A DNA stretch of 58,410 bases from Octopus bimaculoides (Eukaryota): contig NC_068992.1 in assembly GCF_001194135.2 (NCBI RefSeq), positions 58,925,384 through 58,983,793 of the forward strand. Direction: 5' to 3'. The notes beneath the pieces are model-generated. The model worked only from the letters and a program-made list of their open reading frames with translations. It did no database searches and was not told the DNA's origin. The position numbers were made by a program, and so were the translations under genes. This document shows, in pieces, positions 13,613 to 25,679 of this stretch (the first letter of the stretch is position 1; every line of letters starts with the position of its first letter).

Positions 13613-15289
13613 CTAGTATGGTCCATTTTAAGGATGACCCATGCAGCAGCATAGCGTTGGCTGAGATGACCACCGAGGGTAGCCATGTTAGCATGGGTCT
13701 TCTCTGTAGAAGATATGTTCCGTTTAAAGAAGGCGAATCTTCGAAATTCTTACGTCACAGAGAATGTTACTGTAGAAAAACAAATCTGTAATACGAGGCA
13801 TATTATTTTAATAGTGTTTGAAATATAAGACTGGTGTGCAAGAAAAAGAAAAGCAAAGTTACTTAAGTTCGATGACAATTCAGAGCCAACAAGACCCAGG
13901 GGAAGGAAAAACAACACAGAGTCGACACAGTGGATAAACGTGATCGATGTCCTGTGCTCCGAAGGCAGTAACAGGTTTAAGAAATATACAACCACTTATT
14001 TGTTTTTGCTGTTTCTTTAGGTTTACCACTAACTTCTGTGCTTCTATTTATCTCTAAATTTCTAATTCTTTCAACATAATATTTCCGAGTAAAATATGCT
14101 GACGGAAAAGACTACTGCACCTTTTTACCAACGTTTATAGTGTTTAATTTGTAGTTGTAAATTCGGGTCCTCTAATGAGGCTTGATACGTTTGTGAGATA
14201 CTATAAAACAGTGAACATTAAAGAAGAAAGTTCGTGTATTTCTATCGCCGTGTGGGATCTGTGGTCTGAATGTAATTAGGGTTTTCAAAATGGAACTAGT
14301 CGCTGTAATTAGGTCTTCTTTAACTGTCTGTAATTAGGACTTCTTTAAATGTCTAGAATACAACCGTTTGTCACCAATGTCCCCAATTTCCTACTTGTAT
14401 ACTCCTCCGGAAGAAATTGTATTAATTACAAGGAATTCTAAAACTTATTACCCCAGATTCAGGTTTGTGTAACTATGGAAAAATTATAAATTCTATATGG
14501 CTCAGACGACTTCATTATATATTGGTGCCAGAGGAATATACAGCACACCGCATCTCTATACAATTATGTATATGACATTCTCTAGCCGTAGATGAATCTT
14601 AAACATACAAATCTATGATTAAAGTGCTCCATTTGTGACCATCCAATCTTTAAGAGGTATGTAGGACAATATCATTTACTGGCTGTTTCTTAGTTTAATA
14701 CATTAAGGTGTAATTTGAGGAAGACAGAGGATTATTCCTAGATTTTAAACCGACCAAGTTTGTGTGTGTGTGTATGTGTAAGTGAATAAGTGAACGTCCG
14801 CATATAGTTATAGATCTATTAAAGAAAGATATGACATTTTATAGTGTGTATATGTACGTATGTGTTTGTGTATTTTGTGTGTATATGCGCGGGTGCAAGT
14901 AACTTTGCTTGGCCATGGTCTCTCATCTCCTTCAAAGACGTTTCAGGGGCGCCATCATGACAAATAAGTGTCTTGGACACTTTTAGGCCTGGTGGAGTTC
15001 ATCTCTCTGAAGGCGTGTTGAGAAGTTGATGATAGGCTGTTGAACGATCGCTCGATCATGGCCTCGATTCCCGGCCCACGCGGTGCGTCGTGTTTTTGAG
15101 CAAAACACTTCATTATACGTTGCTCCAGTTCACTCAGCTGTAAATGAGTAACTCTATGACGGACTGGCGTCTCGTACCGGGGTGATGTTGTTCCACTTAT
15201 AAAAATGGAAACTGGTTAACTTGAGACAGTAACGTCCAACAGTTGATGATGTTGATGATGATGATGAGTTCATCATTCTGAAGTTCTAA

Positions 15290-15510
15290 CTAGGGCGAAT
15301 TTCTTCCAGAAGTTAAAACAGACAAAAAGAATTGAAAGAATGAAAATCGACACCAACACAAGGCGAGTACTTTATTTATCGACTCCAAAATGATGGGTTA
15401 CGATGTCGACATTGGTGTGATTAGAACTCAGAATGTAGAGAGCCGAAGCGATTACCACAAGGCAATGCTCCGACGAGCTAACGCTTCTGCCAATTGGCAT
15501 CATTTACATA
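15290..15510 (-). mobile_element. SINE family A, diverged
   Basis: gtcgac...tagaactcagaatgtagagagc...ttctgccaatt. Confidence 0.65.
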
Positions 15511-15623
15511 AAAATGCATCTATCTTTATGTGCGTATAGAAATAAGAATGTAAAAATATGTATCTATATTATCTATTTGTATGCGCATTGAGAAATAAGT
15601 ACATGTGTAAGTAAACATAAGTA

Positions 15624-15654
<31 letters not shown>

Positions 15655-15921
15655 NNNNNNNNNNNNNNNNNNNNNNNNNNNNNNNNNNNNNNNNNNNNNN
15701 NNNNNNNNNNNNNNNNNNNNNNNNNNNNNNNNNNNNNNNNNNNNNNNNNNNNNNNNNNNNNNNNNNNNNNNNNNNNNNNNNNNNNNNNNNNNNNNNNNNN
15801 NNNNNNNNNNNNNNNNNNNNNNNNNNNNNNNNNNNNNNNNNNNNNNNNNNNNNNNNNNNNNNNNNNNNNNNNNNNNNNNNNNNNNNNNNNNNNNNNNNNN
15901 NNNNNNNNNNNNNNNNNNNNN

Positions 15922-15981
<60 letters not shown>

Positions 15982-16329
15982 TGTGTGTGTGAAGAAATTT
16001 GGTCAAACTATATTAAGATTCAGCTATTTTAAAATCTTTTACGAAGGAGAATAGGTAATGCCCATAAACCTTCACGGAATCTCCAAGGGTCTTTGTGGGG
16101 AAAACGTCACCCTCATATGGGAGACAGGGCCGCATAATTGTAACAGAATTGGGTACATTGAAGACAACCAGGGTGTCAGGGTAGTGCGTTGAAGGAGAAG
16201 TTGCTTTAACTTTGCCAATCAAATATACCAGGGCAGGATTCGAACTCACAAAGCAATGAGCCTGAACAGATACCGCTGATATCAAGTAGGGCTTTCTCAC
16301 AACTGCGCCAATCTTATCTTTTACATTTT

Positions 16330-16709
16330 ACTTGCTTTGGTGATTAGACTGCGACCATACTGGGGTACCACCTTGGAAGGTTTAGTCCCAAAAATTGACC
16401 AGTTACGAAGACATAAACAAACTGACATCGGTTCTTAAGTGGTGGTGTGGACAAACACAAACACATAAATACGCGCATATACATACACACATATATGTAT
16501 ACATATATATATATATATATANNNNNNNNNNNNNNNNNNNNNNNNNNNNNNNNNNNNNNNNNNNNNNNNNNNNNNNNNNNNNNNNNNNNNNNNNNNNNNN
16601 NNNNNNNNNNNNNNNNNNNNNNNNNNNNNNNNNNNNNNNNNNNNNNNNNNNNNNNNNNNNNNNNNNNNNNNNNNNNNNNNNNNNNNNNNNNNNNNNNNNN
16701 NNNNNNNNN

Positions 16710-16743
<34 letters not shown>

Positions 16744-16910
16744 TATCTAGCACGGGATTTCACAGTTTCCACGAACCAAAATAACTTATAAAGCACTGGT
16801 CGGCTCGGAGCTATAGTAGAAGGTACTTGTCCAAGATCCTACAAAGTGGGACTGAACACGAAGCCAGGTAGTTGCAAACCAAGCTTCTTAACCACGCAGC
16901 CATGCCTGGT
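16330..16910 (-). mobile_element. SINE family B spanning a gap in its internal microsatellite
   Basis: gactgcgaccatactggggtaccacc (tail, reverse complement); ggtggtgtggacaaacacaaac; gtgggactgaacac head. Confidence 0.75.
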
Positions 16911-17079
16911 ATTTATATTTTGTGAACTCCCGAATGAATGGAAGGAAAAGTTCGTCTGGACGTTATTTGAACTAAGAGTGAAGAGTTTCAGAACAAATAG
17001 CACAAACCATTCTTTCCGATGCCCAAACCACGACACCGTATTGCAGCCTGGAGCTCCACACAAAATATTAGATTCAAAT

Positions 17080-17490
17080 TTTGGCAAAAGGCTAACAATT
17101 TTAAAGTAGGGGGTAGTCGAGAACTGGGGCTTATTTTATCGATTCCGAGACGATGAGACGCAAAATCGACGTTGTCGGAGTTTGAAACCCGAGCATAAAG
17201 CCAGATGAAATGTAGCTAAGCATCTCGTCCAACGTGCTAACCATTCTGCCGGATCGCCGCCTTATCTCCACATGAAATAATATGTACTAGAGGCGCAAGG
17301 AATGAAATTCGGGGGATGGGATAGTCGATTACATCGATCTTCAGTGCTCAAATGATAATTATCTTATTAACCCCGAAAGGATGAAAGGCAAAGTTGACCT
17401 CGGCGGAATTTGAACTCAGAACGTGCAAACAGACGAAACGGCACAAAGTATTTGCCCGGCATACTAACGTTTCTGCTGGGTTGGCGCCTT
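17080..17490 (-). mobile_element. Two tandem SINE family A copies
   Basis: Both end in ...gccttatctccacat; head-to-tail. Confidence 0.8.
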
Positions 17491-17967
17491 ATCTCCACAT
17501 AAAATACGGCTTTGACATGTATAGAAGTACAGACCAGATTACAATGCACAACAAAGAACAATTAAGGTTTATGCATGAGAGACGAACAGACGGACGGATG
17601 GATGGATGGATGGATGGATGAATGTTTGTGTATATGTATGCATGTCAGGGCCCTCTTATTGCTATTGTAAGCCAGTGTAACCTGTTGCATGTCCGGGCCG
17701 TCGGCGACTAAAATACCAGCGTTACTAACCCTGCTTGGTAAAGAGCATTGTTTTTTCCTGGATGTTGTGCAGGAAGAAAACCAAAACCTATAATAGGGCG
17801 AATAAGTATACTAGAACCATTAAAAAGCTGAGAGTGAGGCATACCTTAGTCTTCGTTTAATATCTCCCAAGGAGAAGGAAATTCTAACATAACACAGCCT
17901 CATTGCGAAACCGGAGGTCTTGTTTGTTTCTGGGCTACTTGGCATTGTAGGTGAGAGGCTTAGCGGT

Positions 17968-17987
17968 GTTATAACAGCTGTTATAAC
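17968..17987. repeat. Perfect 20-bp palindrome
   Basis: gttataacagctgttataac. Confidence 0.95.
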
Positions 17988-18206
17988 TTAACATTTCAGC
18001 ACGGATATTGCTGAGAGTTATTGCCTTAACAAATGGTATAAGGATTTCTGAGTGACGCTCATAATCGTCTACGAGTTGACAGCTACTATGTATGTATGTT
18101 TGGATGGATGGATGGATGGGTGTGTATCTATGTATATATGTATGAATGCATGTATGTATGTATGTATGTATGCATGGATTGATCGATGGATGGATGGATG
18201 TGTATG

Positions 18207-18261
<55 letters not shown>

Positions 18262-19180
18262 ATGAATGTATGCATGCATAGATTGATAGAGTGATGGATG
18301 AATGTGTATATGTATGTATGTATGTATGTATAAATATGTATGTATGTATGTATGTATGCCTGTCAGTCGATCTATCTATAAGTATGTATGTATGTATGTA
18401 GGTATGTATGCATGCACAATGAGTGTTTATTCATAAAAACAAATCCTACAGATACGAGATATTGAACTCAATACTGAAAGACGTATAGCCTATTGTATTC
18501 TACGTTCTGTTAAGCGTTAAGACGTTTGCAATGGAGTCAAGTCGGTGACGAGGTCGCAGTTGGTGCGACGAAAATTTTGACATCAAATAAAAGATGTTTA
18601 AGTGAAGTCAAGAGACTCTGGGTGTTTCATAATGGCAAAAATGTATCTTCTACACTACAATCGATTTAAGCATTTGATCCTGTTTCAGTTCTAACTCAAT
18701 CTGATGACAGATCATGATCGGTTGAATTTTCAAACGACAGAACTAACTCGGTGAACTAACCATTAAATAAATAGTATATATATATATATATATATATACA
18801 TATATTATATGCTTCTTTGTATGTGTGAGCGAGAGAGAAAAAAAGTATGTATGCATGAATGCGCATGTGTTTGTACGCGTGTCACGTATGTAAAGACTGC
18901 TAAATTTACAAGTTGGAAGGAAAATGTACTCAGTTTTAAAGTAAAATACATTTATTTCTTGTACTGCCTACATAATCTGCCGACATTACACTCACTGTAT
19001 CGAAAATATCCCCGTTCAACAGGCAAATTAGAATAGTACACTTACACTTTCACGCACACACTAATACACACACAAAGACACATATTCACACACACACGCA
19101 CCCGCACACACGTACACACGCACACATTCTCTCTCTCACACACGAATCACATGCTAAGCGGACATAGACACATACATACA

Positions 19181-19250
<70 letters not shown>

Positions 19251-19679
19251 AACATATAGGGAATGTGAGAGATATATAGACAAATTGATGAGATGTATAT
19301 AATACATACATTTATATATGTAGGCATAGGTATACATACATATGCATATACACAAAAGCACACATATTCATACAAACACAGGTATGTATGTATGTATGTA
19401 TATATTACAAATGAAAGGCTGTGACGTAAAAAATTGCTTGAACAGTTTCGAAGTCACCCTTAACTTTACATTTTTCTAAAAGCAAAGTATTGACCATTTA
19501 ATTTACAACGATGCTCACGACATCTCCGCTTCCGCCTGCCTCGCACACCAATAGATGCATGCTACATATATAAAGGTATTTGAATATATATAGATATATG
19601 TATTACATTGTCAAGAGGATATAACATAATTATTAACATTCTAGTCGGCATCATATGAAAAGTTGTTATAAACATTTTA

Positions 19680-19723
<44 letters not shown>

Positions 19724-20193
19724 ACGTATGCGTATGTATGTGCATATGTATAATTTTATGTATATGGATGTGTATATATATATTCATTTATATAAATATA
19801 TATGCATGCATGTATAGATACATAGCGTATGTGTGTGTGCGTGTTTGTGAGTGGACATATATATATATATATGTGTGCATATATATATATATATATATAN
19901 NNNNNNNNNNNNNNNNNNNNNNNNNNNNNNNNNNNNNNNNNNNNNNNNNNNNNNNNNNNNNNNNNNNNNNNNNNNNNNNNNNNNNNNNNNNNNNNNNNNN
20001 NNNNNNNNNNNNNNNNNNNNNNNNNNNNNNNNNNNNNNNNNNNNNNNNNNNNNNNNNNNNNNNNNNNNNNNNNNNNNNNNNNNNNNNNNNNNNNNNNNNN
20101 NNNNNNNNNNNNNNNNNNNNNNNNNNNNNNNNNNNNNNNNNNNNNNNNNNNNNNNNNNNNNNNNNNNNNNNNNNNNNNNNNNNNNNNNNNNNN

Positions 20194-20228
<35 letters not shown>

Positions 20229-20405
20229 ATATATGTATATGTATATGTGCGTATATATGCAAGCATGTACGTTTCCATACATACATACATACATTTGTGA
20301 GTGCTGCTTGTGGTTGTGCGTGACTGTGTACATGTACAATACAAGTATTTCTGTAAAGAAAACTTTAAAAAAAAAAAATAATAATAATAAACATCAAAGA
20401 CTTAC

Positions 20406-20507
20406 TAGTTCACTTTTGGGTAAAACTTCGGAGAGGGCCATAGCTTCGGCAAACATATTGGCACACACCACTACGAGAAAGAAACAAGCAAATGTGTGTT
20501 GACGCAT
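20406..20507 (-). CDS. First coding exon (34 codons) of a secreted or membrane protein with N-terminal signal peptide; gene unidentified
   Basis: Minus strand reads TGA TCC AAG ATG CGT CAA...GAA CTA|GTAAGT = MRQHTFACFFLVVVCANMFAEAMALSEVLPKSEL. In-frame stop just upstream, n/h/c signal-peptide layout with A-M-A cleavage motif, consensus phase-0 donor, promoter motifs about 360 bp upstream. Confidence 0.72.
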
Positions 20508-20864
20508 CTTGGATCACCAGCAATAAAACAACTGCGTTGATTTCGGAAACACCGTAAACGGGAGAGATTGAAGAATTCCGCGAGAGAACTTGGAACACGC
20601 AGAAGTATAATGATTATTCAGTCACAACGACTAGAAGAATAACCAATCGAGGATCTATAACCGTCCTTTATAGATTGAGAGCTGGAGAGAGAGAGAGTGA
20701 GAGAAAGTAACAAACGATATGCGTGTGTTTGTGCGTGTGTCTGTCGGACACCAGAAGTCTTTTATACAGAATGAATTTGTTTGTGTTTTTCGTTTTGTTT
20801 TGTTTGGTCTAGTAATAGATTTTCATAAGAGAATTGGCAGTTTTCTTCTTTGTCCTCTTCGAGA

Positions 20865-20970
20865 GCTTTGAAGGAAAGAGTTTTAAACGCTGTCTTTATA
20901 AAGCAGTATAAAGATGGGCGAGTACAAGAGAGTTTTGTATACGCGTGTGCTCTCTTCCCCGATTGGCCGA
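20865..20970 (-). promoter_or_regulatory. Core promoter: CCAAT box, TATA box, Inr-like site
   Basis: Minus strand: GGCCAATCGG (ATTGG on + at 20962-20966), TATAAAG at 20900-20894, TCAAAG with A at 20869, 31 nt from the TATA T; locally CpG-rich unique sequence. Confidence 0.55.
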
Positions 20971-21324
20971 CTTGCCGCGCCTTTTTCGGATCGATAAACC
21001 AATTATATGCAGCTGCATATTGCGTGGTAGTTGCTCCTAACTCTAATAGCTGCGCTTTCGTTGTTGTTTTCTTGCTGAGTTTTGCAACGCCCTGATTGAT
21101 CTTACAGGCATGTAAGTAGACAGGTGGATGGATGGATGGATGGATGGATGGATGGATGAACGGATGGATCGTCAGTCGGAACAAGAACTTACGAAACAAG
21201 CCTACGCTCTATGTAGCGTTGTTGCTGATTTCCTGCGAGTAATTCTTCTTCAAAAAAAAAAAAAAAGAAATATGATAAATGATCACATTATTTTGGTGGG
21301 TTTTCTTTATTGTTTGTTTTTAAA

Positions 21325-21620
21325 TAATAATGAAGAAGAAGAAGAAGAAGAAGAAGAAGAAGAAGAAGAAGAACCAAGAAGAAGGTGGTGGTAGTGGTGA
21401 TGGTGGTGGTGGTTGTGGTGATGGTGAAGATGATGATGGATGGATATGATGATATCGACGATGATGATAATGGTGAAGAAAGAAGAGAAAAAATAAGAAG
21501 AGGAGAAGGAGGAAGACGAATGTAGAGAGGCAGAAGAAGTGGGAAACGAAGAAAAAAGAGGAAGGACAAGAAAAGGAAGTGGAAGATGAAGAAGGAAGGC
21601 GAAAGAGTGGGTGGATGAGG
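21325..21620. repeat. Compound (GAA)/(GGT)/(GAT) purine-rich low-complexity tract
   Basis: Directly visible. Confidence 0.9.
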
Positions 21621-21689
21621 ACTGAAGACAAACTTTTTTCATTACTAAAACACGTATGAATGTTCTATGGAATAATAACGATAATCCTT

Positions 21690-21880
21690 TCCACTAAAGG
21701 CACAAGGCCTAAAATTTGTGGGGAGGGGTTAAGTCGATCACATCGATCCCAGTGATCAACTGGTGCTCATTTTATCGACTCCAAGAGGTAATGTCAGCCT
21801 CGGCAGAATTTGAACTCAGAACGTGAATCCGCTAGGTATTTCATTCAGGTGCGGTAAAGATTCTGCCAGCTCACTGCCTA
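21690..21880 (-). mobile_element. SINE family A abutting (TAA)n
   Basis: ggcacaaggcct...tttgaactcagaac...ctgccagctcactgcct. Confidence 0.8.
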
Positions 21881-21919
<39 letters not shown>

Positions 21920-21920
21920 C

Positions 21921-21953
<33 letters not shown>

Positions 21954-21954
<1 letters not shown>

Positions 21955-22280
21955 CAGCAGCTGACAACGTTTCCCTAATAGAAATGGAGAAGCTTTCAAA
22001 ATACAAAGACCTGGAAATAGAGGTAACTCGAATGTGGAATCTAAAAACAGAAACAATTCCTATCATAGTAGGTGCCTTAGGTATAATAAAAAAAAATATT
22101 CAGACAAATACATAACAAAAACACCAGGACTTACAAATATATATAAGATACAGAAAATTGCACTACTGGGCACTGCACACATCCTACGCAAAACACTTTC
22201 AATACAGTAAACATAAGAGCACCACAGCAAACCACAACACATACCCAAGGCGCACAGAGCTGCGCTCGGTAGTGAAGTGA
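21954..22280 (+). mobile_element. 5'-truncated R4-clade-like (Dong/Rex6-type) non-LTR retrotransposon: restriction-like endonuclease C-terminus plus 3' UTR
   Basis: PAADNVSLIEMEKLSKYKDLEIEVTRMWNLKTETIPIIVGALGIIKK / frameshift in A-run / YSDKYITKTPGLTNIYKIQKIALLGTAHILRKTLSIQ*; begins directly after a (TAA)n array. Confidence 0.85.
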
Positions 22281-22524
22281 NNNNNNNNNNNNNNNNNNNN
22301 NNNNNNNNNNNNNNNNNNNNNNNNNNNNNNNNNNNNNNNNNNNNNNNNNNNNNNNNNNNNNNNNNNNNNNNNNNNNNNNNNNNNNNNNNNNNNNNNNNNN
22401 NNNNNNNNNNNNNNNNNNNNNNNNNNNNNNNNNNNNNNNNNNNNNNNNNNNNNNNNNNNNNNNNNNNNNNNNNNNNNNNNNNNNNNNNNGAAGAAGAAGA
22501 AGAAGAAGAAGAAGAAGAAGAAGA

Positions 22525-22737
22525 AAATTCTAACTGGGCCCCCCACCTGCGAGGTCATGCGCTGTTTATCTTGATATGAGATCACCATGTCGTGCACATA
22601 TGGTTGTGATGCATGTGCCTGGTGTACCCTTATCAGACGGGGAGTCATGATGGGTATAATCGGCTTCGTATATTTTACCCCAGTGTCACTTTGATGGCAT
22701 GCACTGCTCTCTCACTCAATAATAATAATAATAATGA
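22525..22737 (+). mobile_element. Probable retroposon 3' segment ending in (AAT)n
   Basis: Complex sequence between a (GAA)n run and an (AAT)n tail; family not identified. Confidence 0.35.
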
Positions 22738-23470
22738 AGTTCAAATTTTGGCGCAAGGCCAGCAATCCTATGAGAGGGGTAAGTCAATTACGCCGACCCC
22801 AATGCTCAGCTGGTGCTTATTTTATCGACCCTGAAAGGATGAAAGGCAAAGTCGACCTCAGCGGAATTTGAACTCAGAACTTAATAACGGAAGAAACACC
22901 GCAAAGAATTTTGCCCGGCATGCTAACGATTCTACCAGTTCACAAATTCTTTGGAATTTTAGCTCAAGCCCAGCAAATTTAGTGGGATTGGAGTTTGTCG
23001 ATTACATCTACCCAGTATTTGAGTGGTAATCAATTTTATTTAAGGATGAAAAGCAAAGATGATATCAGTAGGAATTGAACTCAGAATGTAAAGAACTGGA
23101 AAAAATGCTGCTAAATATATTGTCTGACGCGCTAACGTTTCCTTCAGCTGGCTACTTTGCTCAAATTTTGGCACAAGGCCAGTTATTTTAGGTGGAAGAG
23201 AGGGTTTGTCAATCATACTGACTTCAATATTTGACTACGTTCTGAGTTCAAATTCCGCCGACGTAGACTTTGCCTTTCATCCTTTCGGAGTCGATAAATT
23301 AAGTACCAGTTACACACTTGGGTCGATGTAATTGACTTAATCCCTTTGTCTGTCCTTGTTTGTCAAATCTATGTTTAGAAATCAATATTTCACTGCTATT
23401 TATTTTATCGACCCCGAAAGAATGAAAGACAAAGTTGAATCTACGGAATTTGTACTGAGAATATTTATTC
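22738..23470. mobile_element. Cluster of about 5 SINE family A copies (mostly minus, one plus at 23235-23370)
   Basis: Repeated ttttggc(g/a)caagg...gaactcagaa units. Confidence 0.8.
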
Positions 23471-23651
23471 TTATTTTTTTTTTTTTTTCTAAGATAAATT
23501 TGTTCGTTTATATTTTTCAAACGATTTCCATCCTTTTCAATGTTATTTGAATTATCACGAAAAAATATCTTTATCGTACTATCTGATAGTTTTTCTTTGT
23601 GTGTGTGTGTGGGGGGGGGATGCGCGTGTGTGTTTAGCTCTATTCAACTTC

Positions 23652-23945
23652 AGTGGAGGTGCAATGGCCCAGTGGTTAGGGTAGCGGACTCCGGCGGAGT
23701 GGGGGCGAATCTTGCTGTACTCTTTCACCACAACTTTCTCTCACTCTTTCTTCCTGTTTCTATTGTACCCGTATTTCAAAGAGCCAGCCTTGTCACACTC
23801 TGTATCACGCTGAATCTACCCGAGAACTACGTTAAGGGTACGCGTGTTTGTGGAATGCTCAACAACTTGCGCGTTAATTTCACGAGCAGGTTGTTCCGTT
23901 GATTGGGTCAAGAGGAACCCTCGTCGTCGTAACCGACGAAGTTCC
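23652..23945 (+). mobile_element. SINE with family C-like head and distinct tail ending ...cgtaaccgacg(g)agt(g)cc
   Basis: Same tail inverted at 28283-28490 and 36350-36452, forward at 36500-36680, fragment near 5370-5500. Confidence 0.8.
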
Positions 23946-25179
23946 GTAGTAATTCAACCTCAACAATTCTTGTTTAGCATCTTCGAAATTTGAATATATT
24001 TCACCTTTTTTCAGACACATGACAATCGAATGCTAAGTAGAAGAAAAACACGAACCCAGTTAAAAGCCAGAACAAATGCTGCAAAGCATTTTTGCCAACA
24101 ATTTAACGATTCCGAAAATGTAACCCCTTTAATAATAGTCTGTAGTTTAAGAACAAGACCGGCATTCTTCAGAAATTGAGGATAACTCGATAGCATTGAC
24201 CCCATAGTGGGTAAAGACGCAGAATATGTACTGCGCAACGCATTTTTGACGAAAATATACATCATGATGATGATGATGATGATGACGACGACGACGACGG
24301 TATGTGGTAGTGTAGGTGGTGGTGGGCTCGACTACGACGACAATTATATAAGCTGCAGTTGTTTTACAATTTGAAAAGCAGATGTAGTTGCATAATTTCT
24401 CAGTCCCTGGCTTGTAATTGAAACGTGTGTAGAGGAGTAAAACTTCATGGAGAAGGACATGCGCAGAAATACATACATTCAAGGATATACATACACACAC
24501 ACATACATACATTCATATATATATATATATATANNNNNNNNNNNNNNNNNNNNNNNNNNNNNNNNNNNNNNNNNNNNNNNNNNNNNNNNNNNNNNNNNNN
24601 NNNNNNNNNNNNNNNNNNNNNNNNNNNNNNNNNNNNNNNNNNNNNNNNNNNNNNNNNNNNNNNNNNNNNNNNNNNNNNNNNNNNNNNNNNNNNNNNNNNN
24701 NNNNNNNNNNNNNNNNNNNNNNNNNNNNNNNNNNNNNNNNNNNNNNNNNNNNNNNNNNNNNNNNNNNNNNNNNNNNNNNNNNNNNNNNNNNNNNNNNNNN
24801 NNNNNNNNNNNNNNNNNNNNNNNNNNNNNNNNNNNNNNNNNNNNNNNNNNNNNNNNNNNNNNNNNNNNNNNNNNNNNNNNNNNNNNNNNNNNNNNNNNNN
24901 NNNNNNNNNNNNNNNNNNNNNNNNNNNNNNNNNNNNNNNNNNNNNNNNNNNNNNNNNNNNNNNNNNNNNNNNNNNNNNNNNNNNNNNNNNNNNNNNNNNN
25001 NNNNNNNNNNNNNNNNNNNNNNNNNNNNNNNNNNNNNNNNNNNNNNNNNNNNNNNNNNNNNNNNNNNNNNNNNNNNNNNNNNNNNNNNNNNNNNNNNNNN
25101 NNNNNNNNNNNNNNNNNNNNNNNNNNNNNNNNNNNNNNNNNNNNNNNNNNNNNNNNNNNNNNNNNNNNNNNNNNNNNNN

Positions 25180-25214
<35 letters not shown>

Positions 25215-25322
25215 CTCATTTATATATACGTATATACACATATATATATATTTATCCATATATACATGTATATGTGTGTGTGTGTATGTATATGTACATA
25301 TATAGATGTGTGTGTGTGTGTG

Positions 25323-25372
25323 TTAAGTGATTTACTGTTTTATATATATATATAAAACAGTAAATCACTTAA
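25323..25372. repeat. Perfect 50-bp palindrome centred on (TA)n
   Basis: ttaagtgatttactgttttatatat|atatataaaacagtaaatcacttaa. Confidence 0.95.
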
Positions 25373-25679
25373 GATCAAATAAAAGAGGAGGTAAAACAAG
25401 TACTATAGTCAAGAGAATGTGATATAAAATATTCGAGGTTTCTCATAAATGTCGCTCATACAATTGAATAAGCACTCTCTATTGACTGACGTTTTTCCCC
25501 TTGTTCTATTCTCATTAAATTATACAAAGAACAAAATATTTTTCTGTATAATGTACGTATATTGTCGTATTTCCGTTATCAGCTTTTTCTCTTTCTTTCT
25601 ACTAACAATTGTCAGATAACTAAGAAAATGTGGTGAATAGGTAGATTCGTTTGATTGTTTGACAGAATGCCTCGCCATA

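Noticed and set aside
16013-16300. 95-aa minus-strand ORF
   Set aside because: Its 5' part is a tRNA-like SINE head (gagttcgaatcctgccc); no protein motif.
20290-20350. Nearby acceptor (tttacag at 20351-20357) as a possible exon 2 after a 55-nt intron
   Set aside because: The frame runs straight into TA/CA low-complexity sequence.
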